From assembly GCF_001194135.2 (NCBI RefSeq), contig NC_068999.1:41280210-41344209 (forward strand): 64,000 bases of DNA, given 5' to 3'. The first letter of the stretch is position 1; every line of letters starts with the position of its first letter. Shown here in pieces: positions 42,002 to 54,952 of the stretch. The notes under the pieces are model-generated. The model worked only from the letters and a program-made list of their open reading frames with translations, did not search any database and was not told the origin of the DNA. This DNA is from Octopus bimaculoides. Taxonomy: Eukaryota. The translations under genes and the position numbers were made by a program.

Positions 42002-42176
42002 TGTGTGTGAGTATATATGAATATATGCATGTATGTGTATGTATGTATATACTTATCTATATAAATTCATGTGTGTATATATATGTCTTTGTCTGTGTGT
42101 GCATATATATATATACATGCATCTACATACACACGTATATGTGTGGATATATATATACACATATACATATATTTGC

Positions 42177-42219
<43 letters not shown>

Positions 42220-42258
42220 AATACGTGTGTATACATATATATATATAGATATATTTGC

Positions 42259-42313
<55 letters not shown>

Positions 42314-43217
42314 GTATTTACACACACGTTTACATATTTCTGCATACATACATCCATACATACACATGTACACATCCGCAAACGTATTAACACCAATTCC
42401 ATCATCATCGTCATCATCATCAACAAAACCCTTTCATACTCCAAAATCGATATATTTCTGTCATTGAACAGAGGAAATGTCATTTATGGATCATAAACTA
42501 GAAAAGACCTTCGATCTATAGAGACTGATCAGTTGGACATATCTGCAATAGAGATCAATGATCTTCAGTAATGATCGCAGCCGACAGTTCGATCTTCGTA
42601 CTGTCGGCTTTCATCAATGTTTGTTCTTAACGATCGAATGAGAGTGTGAACGCGCGTTTCTTTCATTTTTTACTATTTTTTATTTCTTATATAACTTGTT
42701 TATATATTTCTGGTTTGCATTTAGTAATGCGTATATATGTGCGCATGCATACGTGTTTGGAATATATGCATGTATACGTGTGCATGAGTTGTTGGTATTT
42801 GTGTGTGTATATATGTGCAGATATGCGCTTCTCTCTGTGAAAGCTTTATGGCAGGTTGGTTAAAGAATTTATTTCATAATCTCCTGGGTTCGATTCCACA
42901 CTATGGCTTCTTGAGCAACTGTTATTTTCCACAGCCTCCGCTGGCTCCAAGCATTGGGAAAGAAACTCGGTCAAGGACACTGCGTCAAGCCATACACTTA
43001 TAGAGAAAGTAGGCAAATCAGGTGATGAAACGATTGCGAACTCATCGTCGAAACAGATGGAAATCCATGAGCTTTAGTGTGTGTTTCTGTGTATGTGTGT
43101 ATACGAGCCAATAGTTATGTGCGTTATTTTTCTGTTATCTTACTTCGAGCTATGCGGAGAATACCGGACTAACTTGGTGCCTTAACTTAAGTACCTCATT
43201 CAACTAAATCTTAATTA

Positions 43218-43257
<40 letters not shown>

Positions 43258-43669
43258 TATATACCTGTGTGTGTATGCTTGTGTACGCCGGCATATTTTT
43301 ACATGCAAATACGTTCACTTGCAAGCGTGCATGTACAAATGTGAATATATATGGTCGTATTCATCCATGTATATACATGTGTGCATGTGTTTGCGTACGT
43401 TTGTGTTTATACATATGGATGCGCGTGCCTGTGTATGTATGTTTGTGCGTACGTATATATAAATACATATATATTTATATATACATATACATAAATACAT
43501 ATATATACGTGTATAAAATACATATATATACACACACACACATATATATCTACTCACATGATTTTATATTCTATGTATATATATATCTGTAAGCGCATTA
43601 TGAGACCCGTGCATGCGTAAATAAGTGTGTACGTATACGTAACTATCCAAGAGCTCGCCATCATGCATT

Positions 43670-43740
<71 letters not shown>

Positions 43741-43900
43741 GCATGTCTCTCTGCACGCGCGTATATGTACATATGTTGATATGTGTGTATATATTAAATG
43801 AATCAACTTACATATGCACATGTGTATATTTATAGGAGTGTCTATCTATATGTATGTATATATGTATGTATGTGTAAGTGTGTATGTATGTATGTACATA

Positions 43901-43935
<35 letters not shown>

Positions 43936-44083
43936 GGGTATGTATGTATGTATGTGTATGTGCATATATATAAATATATACATCTGTCTGTATATGTAAA
44001 CAGGAGTGTCTGCACAAGTGCATGTCCATGAATGCAAGTGTGTGTGTGTGTGTGCATATGTATGCACATATAGGAGTGTAATG

Positions 44084-44134
<51 letters not shown>

Positions 44135-45144
44135 ATATACGCATGTGCGTAAGGGGAACAGTCGGATTTAGTTATTGATTTATTTCGATAGTTTTTTTTG
44201 CTTGTTTTGTAATATCTGTTTTTTAATATATTTCTTTGTTGTTTTAGAATTTGTTCTTAATGTTATTGTTGTTTTAGTAGTCGTTGTTGTTGTTGCTCTT
44301 GCTTTAGTTTGTTTTTGTTTTTGTTTTTTCTCCTTTTTTTATAATTGCATTAGTTGTTGTTGCTCCAGTTGTTGTTGTCTATCATGAAAAGTAGAAAGGT
44401 TAGAAGTTGTACTTAAATCACGAACTACAAACGAGTCGAGAAAAATAGAGTACGGCTAAACAACAGATTTTGTTGAGAATCCTAAAATCTCTCTATCTTT
44501 ATCTCTCTCTATCCATCTGCCTCGCTCTATTTGTATGATTGTTAGTATATTTATATATATATATATNNNNNNNNNNNNNNNNNNNNNNNNNNNNNNNNNN
44601 NNNNNNNNNNNNNNNNNNNNNNNNNNNNNNNNNNNNNNNNNNNNNNNNNNNNNNNNNNNNNNNNNNNNNNNNNNNNNNNNNNNNNNNNNNNNNNNNNNNN
44701 NNNNNNNNNNNNNNNNNNNNNNNNNNNNNNNNNNNNNNNNNNNNNNNNNNNNNNNNNNNNNNNNNNNNNNNNNNNNNNNNNNNNNNNNNNNNNNNNNNNN
44801 NNNNNNNNNNNNNNNNNNNNNNNNNNNNNNNNNNNNNNNNNNNNNNNNNNNNNNNNNNNNNNNNNNNNNNNNNNNNNNNNNNNNNNNNNNNNNNNNNNNN
44901 NNNNNNNNNNNNNNNNNNNNNNNNNNNNNNNNNNNNNNNNNNNNNNNNNNNNNNNNNNNNNNNNNNNNNNNNNNNNNNNNNNNNNNNNNNNNNNNNNNNN
45001 NNNNNNNNNNNNNNNNNNNNNNNNNNNNNNNNNNNNNNNNNNNNNNNNNNNNNNNNNNNNNNNNNNNNNNNNNNNNNNNNNNNNNNNNNNNNNNNNNNNN
45101 NNNNNNNNNNNNNNNNNNNNNNNNNNNNNNNNNNNNNNNNNNNN

Positions 45145-45225
45145 GTAGAAGACACTTGCCCAAGGTGCAAAGGGAAACCGGAACCATGTGTTTGCGAAGC
45201 AGACTTCTTACCACATAACCACGCA
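45145..45225 (-). mobile_element. SINE family A, head fragment beside N-gap
   Basis: gtagaagacacttgcccaaggtgc..ggaaccatgtg..gcgaagcagacttcttaccacataacc. Confidence 0.7.
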
Positions 45226-45227
45226 AC

Positions 45228-45298
<71 letters not shown>

Positions 45299-45689
45299 CA
45301 CACGTATATATGCATACACATATATATATGCACACACATATATATGCATAGCATATACATACATACATATATATATCCGAAGATAATCTCGATTTATGTT
45401 TTTGTTGTTGCTGTTATTGGTATTTTTCTTCTCCTCCTCCCCTTCCTTCTCTCTTTCTCCTTCGACTTCTTGCTCTCTCTCTCTCTTCTTCTTATTCATC
45501 TTTCATTTTCTCTTCTTTTTTTGCTATGTTCATATTGTCTTGTTTTGTGGGAGAGGGTTGAGAGGGGGCGTGCCTCCTTGTATCTGTTCCTTTGCCTCGA
45601 ACACACGCTCTGGTGGTTTCGATTTTTATTGTTAGATGTTTCCTTTATATCTTCATGGCACTCCTAAGATGTCTGGGGAACAAAACAAT

Positions 45690-45764
<75 letters not shown>

Positions 45765-46420
45765 TAATCTCAGAGAGTCAGAGACAGAAAGAGAGAGAGT
45801 ATTGTTACTGGCCAGTTATTTGTAGGAGCAACAAAGCAAAGTTCTCCATCCAGTCAAAGATAAATACCATTTGCCATACATAGGTTGGTTGAAACGCAAG
45901 CTACAATAGGTTTCATACCTATGATAATACAATGGACGGACAACCTTGTATAGCATTCCGCGTATTATCAGGCAGTCGTTCAGGCTTTTGTGTGTGTGTC
46001 TGTGTGTTTCTTTTCATAGGAGTAAAATATTTCACGGAAATGCGACAAAGGAATGCACCTAAAACAATAAGAAACACTCAAAAGGCGTTGACTCGCTTAA
46101 CCCTCAACACACAACATATATAATTTGAGTTGGGTTGAGTAACAGATGGACTCAGTTCCTCATTTTACTTGTAAATTTCCGAGGACCTGAAGAAACAACA
46201 ACTTACGCCTCGGATATTCAGAAACAATTTCTTTGCCTCAGAATATCCTAGGAGCTGGTTGTCTTTTGTTCACATCCGAGAAACTTAAAGTAACATGAGG
46301 ATCTATGGTCAACTTATATGAGTGTGTATGTGTGTTTTAAGATTTCTTTTTTCCCTAACAAGGATGCAAAGAATACAATTATAATCCGAATGAGAAGAGA
46401 AAAAAATATTTTAACACATA

Positions 46421-46641
46421 TTTAATGACAAGTTACAAGTGTTTCTGTGCCAACTTTGCTTTCAAAGCCAGTTCACGCAAAAGTTACAAGTGAAAATTTC
46501 CGTAATATTTGCAGGTCTGAGGAAGAGGTACTCTAATGTTTAAAACCGTAAATATTACGTAAATTTTGCGTAATATTACGTTTGCGTGAACTGGCGTTGA
46601 AAGCAGAGTTGGTACAGAAACAGTTGTAACTTGTCATTAAA
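46421..46641. mobile_element. Fold-back element, 60-bp arms (4 differences), spacer with a partial hammerhead-like core
   Basis: 46421-46481 pairs with 46581-46641. The spacer has CTGAGGA-A-GAGGTAC at 46517-46531 and palindromic aatattacg/cgtaatatt repeats. Confidence 0.7.
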
Positions 46642-46707
46642 GATGTGTTGAAGTCTTTTTCTTTTTTTCTTTTTGTATTGTATTCTTACTTGGATCACTC
46701 ATATACA

Positions 46708-46741
<34 letters not shown>

Positions 46742-47217
46742 NNNNNNNNNNNNNNNNNNNNNNNNNNNNNNNNNNNNNNNNNNNNNNNNNNNNNNNNNNN
46801 NNNNNNNNNNNNNNNNNNNNNNNNNNNNNNNNNNNNNNNNNNNNNNNNNNNNNNNNNNNNNNNNNNNNNNNNNNNNNNNNNNNNNNNNNNNNNNNNNNNN
46901 NNNNNNNNNNNNNNNNNNNNNNNNNNNNNNNNNNNNNNNNNNNNNNNNNNNNNNNNNNNNNNNNNNNNNNNNNNNNNNNNNNNNNNNNNNNNNNNNNNNN
47001 NNNNNNNNNNNNNNNNNNNNNNNNNNNNNNNNNNNNNNNNNNNNNNNNNNNNNNNNNNNNNNNNNNNNNNNNNNNNNNNNNNNNNNNNNNNNNNNNNNNN
47101 NNNNNNNNNNNNNNNNNNNNNNNNNNNNNNNNNNNNNNNNNNNNNNNNNNNNNNNNNNNNNNNNNNNNNNNNNNNNNNNNNNNNNNNNNNNNNNNNNNNN
47201 NNNNNNNNNNNNNNNNN

Positions 47218-47316
<99 letters not shown>

Positions 47317-47456
47317 CAGACAGACAGACATATTCATTTATACGTTAATTGAAAGAACGCTGACGGGTCTCTAGATGTAGCGACCAAATAATGTTTCAGT
47401 TTTGTGTAAATCAATAAATACCAGTACATGTCTTGATTACAGCCTTCTCCAGTTAT

Positions 47457-47493
<37 letters not shown>

Positions 47494-47954
47494 CAGCTGA
47501 TTTTCATCGCGTGCGGGCGTATATATATGTGTGTGTGTGTGTTGTAATAGAACTGAACGTGACGTCATATATCTAAAGTAAAATCCCTCAAAATTCAATC
47601 ACCTACGTTTTTCGAAGCCTACTCTGACGCCTCTATCACGTGTTCAATGGAGACCGTTGAAAAACGCATAAATTTCATAATTCCCCTTTCATACGCTTTT
47701 CTGTTAAAATGCACTGACATTGAGTACGTAAATATATATATATAAATATTTATGAAAGAGGCGAAATCGGCTTAGCAACCTGCTAAGACGATTTATCCTC
47801 CCTTTCATCTTCCCTTAATGTACCTCTTCTAGTTTACTAAAGGCACTCTAAGGCTTTTGCAATGCTGTTGCCTATCATAGGCTTATGTTTACTTCAAACA
47901 CTGACTCACTTGAAGACACTGTTCTCTGGCATGGTCTTTTATATAAATATTGGC

Positions 47955-48165
47955 TTCAAATGTTGGCACATGGCCAGCAATATTGGGGGAGGAGGTAAGT
48001 CGATACTGGCGACCCCACTGCTCAATGTGTAGTTATTTTATCGACCCAGAAAGGGACGAAAGGCAAATTCAACACCAGTAGCATTTGCGTTCAGAGCGTA
48101 AACACGGATGAAATGCTGTTAAGTATTTGCTCGGCGCGCTAACAGTTCTGCCAGCTCACTACCTA
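47955..48165 (-). mobile_element. SINE family B, full length
   Basis: gttggcacatggccagcaat..taagtcgatac..ttattttatcgaccc..gttcagagcgtaaacacggatgaaatgc..gctaacagttctgccagctcac. Confidence 0.8.
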
Positions 48166-48500
48166 TACACACTCACACACACACATCAATACATACACAC
48201 ATAAATACACACACACATAAATACACACGTACGTAAAATGTTTATGTATGATGAGAACAGAGGAGAATATACGTTCGAATTCTCCTACATAGCGCTCTTC
48301 AACGTAGACCTCAGCAACATTTATACGTGGACATTGTGGCGCAAAAAGGAAAGAGGAATTTAACTGATTATTTTCAGATATACAAGACAAGATATTGAAA
48401 ACTTGCTGTTCAGTATATCTTATTTTATTAATGCTGAATCATTTTGTCTTTAATTCTACCTTCAAGCAACTGCAGGTTCACGAAAATCGGTTTGCCAAAA

Positions 48501-48531
<31 letters not shown>

Positions 48532-48618
48532 GCCGTTCAAATAAACGATGCGTGCGTGTGTATGTGTACATGCACGCATCCAAGAACAAACGTAGACACA
48601 TGCATATATGCATATATG

Positions 48619-48674
<56 letters not shown>

Positions 48675-50841
48675 TATAAGTCATTTATACGTTAATTGAA
48701 AGAATGCTGACGGGACTCTCGAGGTAGCGATGTAGTGGGGATTCAGTTAGTATAAATCAATAAATTCTAGTACATGTATTGAATAATTCGTTCTCCGGTT
48801 TCTATAAATATATATACATATGGTAGGGGGGTACCTTTGAAGGAAAAGATAGATAGATAGATAGATAGATAGATGCGTGCAAACATATGTATGTGCATAT
48901 ATACTTGCATACACATATACATACATACATCAGCTGGTAAGTATATAAATATAAACAAAGAGCCAATGATAACCTTATTTGCTTTTTAAACTGTATACAA
49001 TTGGATTTCTTCATTGGGTGCCTTTTGCTTCACTCTAAATACACACACACACACACGAATGTATGTACATATGCATATATAGTTGTACGTGTATATGTAC
49101 GAGTGTATGCATGTATATATCAAATATGTATATATGTATATATACGTATATATATTTAGGTGTATAAATAATTATGAATGTAAAGGTAGAAGGGAGGGAC
49201 ATGTATGATATATATGTATATATATATATATATATATATAATACAAATATATTAATATAAATAATATATACACATACATATATATATATAGTATGTGAAG
49301 CTATGCGCTTGATAGCCCACAGTATCGATCTTCGATCTTGCTGAAATTGGAATTCCAATTAAGACTAGAAAATTATTAATGTATGATAGCTTAAAGATGG
49401 AGGAATCCCAAATGAATAGCGCCATCTTGTTTTCCGCTTTCCTATCCTTATTTAACTTTTTGCAGTTATATCGTGCTTTATGGGTATATATGTATCTGTG
49501 TGTGTATGTATGTGTGTATGGTGTACATGTACGCATCAGTGTTTGTGTATGTCCATTAGTTTATGTATGTACATATGTGTGGTTGTGTGTTACAAAGCGT
49601 ACTTGTGTCTATATGTCTATTAGTCATGTGCAAACGTAAACTTCAGTGTTTATGTGTGTGTGTTCATGCACAGTCACTTCTGGATATTCGTGTATACACT
49701 TTTACTACTCCTACTAACTCCTCCTCCTACTACTACTAATAATAATAATAATAATAATGATAATTTCTTTTTATTTGCCACAGGGGCGAAATAATGATAA
49801 TCATTCTTTCTATTATAGGCAAAAAAACTGAATTTTGGGGAAGGGGGCTAATCTATTAGATCGACCCTAGTAAACAACTGGTATTTATTTAGCTCAGGGA
49901 GTTAAGCAGTTGTTATCGCTGTAAAAGTTGGTAGTAATACCAATAATTGTCGAAGCCCTGGAAACAGTGAGTAAAATCTTGAGAATTACACAGAACAAAC
50001 AAATAGGGGCTGCAATAAGGATGGAGCACTTGCAGAAAACAGCACTGCATGGAACCACTCGAATACTCCAGATGGTACTCGAAAAATAAGAAGTGTTACT
50101 TTAGTTCACTGGTGGTGAACAGCTGACACCATAGTACAACTCCAACGTTAGAAGCTGTGCAAAGACATTAAATAATAATAATAATATAACAGTAGTTTGT
50201 GATTTAGCTTAAAGGCGAGCAACCTTTGAGGGGGGAGGGAGGATTAGGCTGTAGTAAAGAACCTTATACTTGAATGGTATTTTGTATCATCGAGCTCCGG
50301 AGGAGTGAAAGACGAAGTTGATCCCGGCGGGATTTTATACTCAAAACTAAAAGCAACAGAAGAAATACCGCGAGGCATTTCGTCCGACACTCTAATGTTT
50401 CTGCCAACTTCAACAGCAAAATTAAACAGCCACATCGGTCGAAAAACCGGTAACAACAGCATAAATAGCATAATCTTCACTTTTTATTTTCTGAATATAT
50501 TCTCGTATTATAGTATTCCATTTTGTTTTGCGGGCATTCGTCAACGTCGTCGTCGTCGTTGCTGTTGTGTTCTTAGAAGGACGCGGCGTCTGCATCTTAC
50601 TCTCTTCTCTCTCTGTTATATGTATTTAAACTTTTCTTTTACATCATCAATATTCTCTTATAAATATTTCACTTCTTTCCTACCTATATTACCTTCAACA
50701 TCCGTACTGTATGTATGTCTCGGTGCACGTGTGCATATGTAGATATATATATGTGTGTATATGTATGTGCCTTGTGTACATATATGTGTGTATAAATAAA
50801 TATATATGTATATGTACATTTGCATGTATATGTATACATCT

Positions 50842-50918
<77 letters not shown>

Positions 50919-50988
50919 CATACATACATATATATATATACATAATACATACATATATATATATACATACATACATACATATATATAT

Positions 50989-51019
<31 letters not shown>

Positions 51020-51262
51020 CATACATACATATATATATATACATACATACATACATATATATATATACATACATACATACATATATATATATACATACAT
51101 ACATACATACGTGTGTGTGTGTGTGTGTGCGTATGTATCTATATGTGTATGTATATTTTTATATATGCATATGTATAGATGTATATATGAATGTATGAAA
51201 TGTGTTCGATTGTATATAGGCGTGCGCGTACATGTATCTACGTAAGTTATATAGTTATAACG

Positions 51263-51298
<36 letters not shown>

Positions 51299-52529
51299 TG
51301 TATACATAGATTTATAAGCAATATTAAATATATATGATAATGTTATACGCAAGAGCATTACGTATTATGCGAGTGTGTGTGTTCGTATTTGTGTACGTAT
51401 GTGTGTTAACTAATATGCATACATATATGTGTAAGTGTGCAAGAGGAGAAAAAAATATGCGTCTGTATAGATATGAATTTGTTAAAATAGTTTCATTTAA
51501 ATAGTTCCAAAAGTGGCGATCATCTCTTACCAATTTCTATCAATAAAGATAATTCAATCTTGAAATTCTTCTTGGTTTTTAAGTCCAAAAGCTTTTTACT
51601 AATTTAAACTTATTTTATAAAACCGTTTTCCTCTCCATATAAATGCGTCCCTGCGTGTTCTTACGTTTGTATGGGTGTGTGCAAGTCTGTATGTATGTAT
51701 GTATATGTGTGTGTGCGTACATTCAAACATGTGTTTGTGTGTGTGTGTGTGTGTATGTATATATATGTATGCATGTATATATACATGTATACGCATATAT
51801 AGACACTCATTTCTAGACGCATATGCATATATACATACGTTTATAAATATACGTGTGTGTATGTATGTATACACACACACATACACATATTTGTATTCAT
51901 ATGCGTGCTTATGTGAGTGTGTACGCGTGTGCTTTCATTAGTAAAATGGCGCTGCAGTGTTATCAATCATTTCTTTATTCATATATCTTCGTATTATAAT
52001 TTTCCTTTTCTTTATTCCTGATATTTTAAGTAGTAATTTTACAAAATTCAAATATTTTGCTTGGCTTTTCCTTTTCTTCACCAAAATTTCGTTAATATCT
52101 ATCGTAAGTCTCTCTCTCTCTGTCTGACCCCCCCCCCCAACCGCCGACCATTCCGATTCGTTTGATAAGTGTCTACGCTTCTTATAATATTCTCACCAAT
52201 TTCTCAGATCCCTTACTTTTATCTTGTTCTAAATGAGTTGTTGGTTCTCGCGGGGTGAATCTTTGTACGACTTCCGGTTAGTTCTGTTCATGTTTGTTAA
52301 TGCGGAATATCTTTATCACGAAGATTAGGAGTCTAGAGATGAGACCGAAAAGAAACGCGAGAAAAAGTGAGACGAGCAATGGAGAGTGTCGTTATTTTTT
52401 ATGTCATCAGAACTTGATAAACTTGGGAGAGAACGTGACGTTCTCGAAGTGCATAATGCTTTAAACCATAGCATGAAATTATTGTGTTGGAAAAACTTTC
52501 GGAATAGAATATTTACGTGCTATTATTCA

Positions 52530-52880
52530 AAGCTTGTGGTAAGAAGCTTGCTTCCCAAACACTTGGTTCTGAGTTTCGTGTCACCTTCAGCAAGTGTCTT
52601 CTACTATAGCCTCGGGCCAACCAAAGCCTTGTGAGTGGATTTGGAAGACGGAAACTGAAAGAATATACATATGTTACTTGTGTCTGAGTCTGTTCCTCTA
52701 CCGTCACTTGACAACCAATGTTGGTCTCTTTACGTCCCCGTCACTAAGCTGTTCGGCAAAAAGAGACCAATAGAATTAGTACTAGGCTTACAAAGAATAA
52801 GTCCTGCGTTTGATTTGTTCCACTAAAGGCGGTGCTCCAGCGTGGCCGCAGTAGAATTACTTAAACAAGTAAAAGAATGC
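52530..52880 (+). mobile_element. SINE family A, full length
   Basis: gtggtaagaagcttgcttcccaaacac through ggcggtgctccagcgtggccgcagt..aaacaagtaaaaga. Confidence 0.88.
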
Positions 52881-52974
52881 TTCGAAATCCAGTGTTCCAC
52901 AAAAAAAAAAGAATTACATAGTTCTTTTTGTTGTTTGCGGAGCCAAAAAAATCGTTTTTGTTATGTCGGTGAAT

Positions 52975-53185
52975 CCTCTTCTAGGCTACCATCCTCTTCA
53001 TACCTGTAATTCAAAAGGGTCCTGCCTTGTCACATTCCGTGTCACTCTGAATCTCTCCGACAACTGCATGAAGGGTACACGTGCCTGTAGAGTACTCAGC
53101 CACTTGCACGTTAATTTCACGAGAAGGCTGTTTCGCTTGTTATATCAACTGGAACACTCGTAGTCGTAACCGACGGAATACCAGT
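52975..53185 (+). repeat. Interspersed repeat family D (second, truncated copy at ~9190-9310)
   Basis: Shared segment tacctgtaattca(c)aaagg(g)tc..ccttgtcac..ctgaatctc..aagggtacacgt at both loci. Confidence 0.65.
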
Positions 53186-53689
53186 TTTTCAATCTTCTTT
53201 CTTTTTTTTTTTTTTTGTCGTTGACTCTGTTTGCTGATAGTATTGTTCTTGTCGTCGTTGCTGTTGCTATTGTTTCCATGGAAATTACATCAAACCCAGC
53301 TGTATTGCCAATTTCTTCGTGTGCTGAATAATCTGAAAATCTTTTAGTTTATTTTTTCGTTTTATAATAGAATTGAGAATCTTCAAGTTCTGAAAACTTA
53401 AAACCAAGACAAATCAATTCCAAGATTTCAAACACAGGGCGTTTCTAACCTTAGGGTTTGCCTCCCTTGACAACGCCTAAGTTTACTTGATTTTGTATTT
53501 TAGCTTTTATCATGTTTGTGTTTTTTGTTAGCTAAAAGCAAAAATTGTGTTTACATCTCTTGTATACGCGCGCACGTGCGCGGTTTACTCCATAATACTT
53601 ATTTACAATTTAAATGCCGAGTACAAATATTCTATACGAAACTACTGGTTTATTGGTTGCAGATTTCTAGAAGGTCTAAACCTTATTTA

Positions 53690-53829
53690 CATTATTTATA
53701 TTTGACGGATATTTGTCCTCATCTTGTTAGTTGTTAAGACAACGTTTCGGCTGATATACCCTCCGGCCTTCATCAGGTGTTTTGGGGGAAATTTCGAACC
53801 TGGGTTCTCATTCCTAAGGTATTTCTCAA

Positions 53830-53865
<36 letters not shown>

Positions 53866-54045
53866 ATTGAAAAATCTCTTAGAAATGAGAACCCAGGTTC
53901 GAAATTTCCCCCAAAACACCTGATGAAGGCTGGAGTGTATATCAGCCGAAACGTTGTGTTAACAACAAACAAGATGAGGACAAATATCCGTCAAATGTAA
54001 ATAATTTAAATAATGTACATGATTCCTCATCACTTAAATATAGAG
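53690..54045. mobile_element. Fold-back element: ~140-bp inverted arms around a (TAT)n spacer, each arm carrying a hammerhead motif; probable Penelope-like terminal-repeat derivative
   Basis: The left arm tttgacggatatttgtcctc...ctcaatgt is the reverse complement of the right arm acattgaaaa...atatccgtcaaa, with scattered mismatches. A related copy lies at 18450-18595. Confidence 0.75.
53915..53960 (+). ncRNA. Minimal type I hammerhead ribozyme motif (Penelope-like-element type)
   Basis: Stem I AACAC(53915-19)/GUGUU(53956-60). Core CUGAUGA (53920-26) plus an extra A. Stem II GGCUG/CAGCC with a 10-nt loop. GAAA (53948-51), then palindromic ACGU stem III and the predicted cleavage triplet GUU (after 53955). 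Confidence 0.65.
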
Positions 54046-54915
54046 CTGAAGTACATATACCGTCAGGAAGAACGGTAAACTAGTGTCGCAGACTAATCTT
54101 TTGTCTGTACAGCTAGAACTACCTTCCAGATTATATCCATCCAATTTTAAAACAACATGACATATGACGGAGATTTAACTGCTATTTTTAGCAAATTAAA
54201 AGAGTACTTACAGACTATCTTTTCTAACAACCACAGATATAATTCACTGAGGATGATACAGAATCTCGTTCGAACTGACAGATGTGAATTTCCATGTCTC
54301 AAAACGGTTCTTCCTTTCTCAGAGCCTCAAAACGCCCAGATTTATTTCCTCTGCAAAGCTATACAAACTTATCCAGCGATATAATTTATGCCTGACACAG
54401 AACAACCACTAATTTCCAGGGACTCTGGTCTCTTTTTTTATATTCATCTATTGGTCGATATTTAAATGGAACGGTGTATATAAAGAATTCGAATAAATAA
54501 AACATTGAACTGTTGCCTGCAGGATTTCAATTTAAAATCTTCCAATTCTTCTGTTTTAACCTTCTTCGTTCTTCATTTTTGCCAAAATAACCAAATCTTC
54601 ACTTCTTATACACTGCCAGAACTTCTTAAAAACCGAAACATGTGGGTTTCAGCCACGCCGGCAACTTGAGATGCGTGACAACTCTCGTCTGAACGCAAAA
54701 AAAAACAGAACAGTTAGTGCACTGCATCGCGTCACATGCTCTACCAGATCCCACAGTGCACTGCTCTAGATTCGTATATTTCTTTATCCTCTGAAAGGAG
54801 GAAAAGCACAATGGACCGCGGCGTGATTTGAATTCATAGAGCAGTGAATCGGGTCTTATACTGCGAAGCATTCTATCCAATGCTCTAAGGACTCCACCAA
54901 TTTGCCGTCATGAAT

Positions 54916-54952
<37 letters not shown>

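Noticed and set aside
54490-54620. Possible mariner N-terminal relic on the minus strand
   Set aside because: Similarity is too short and degenerate to support.
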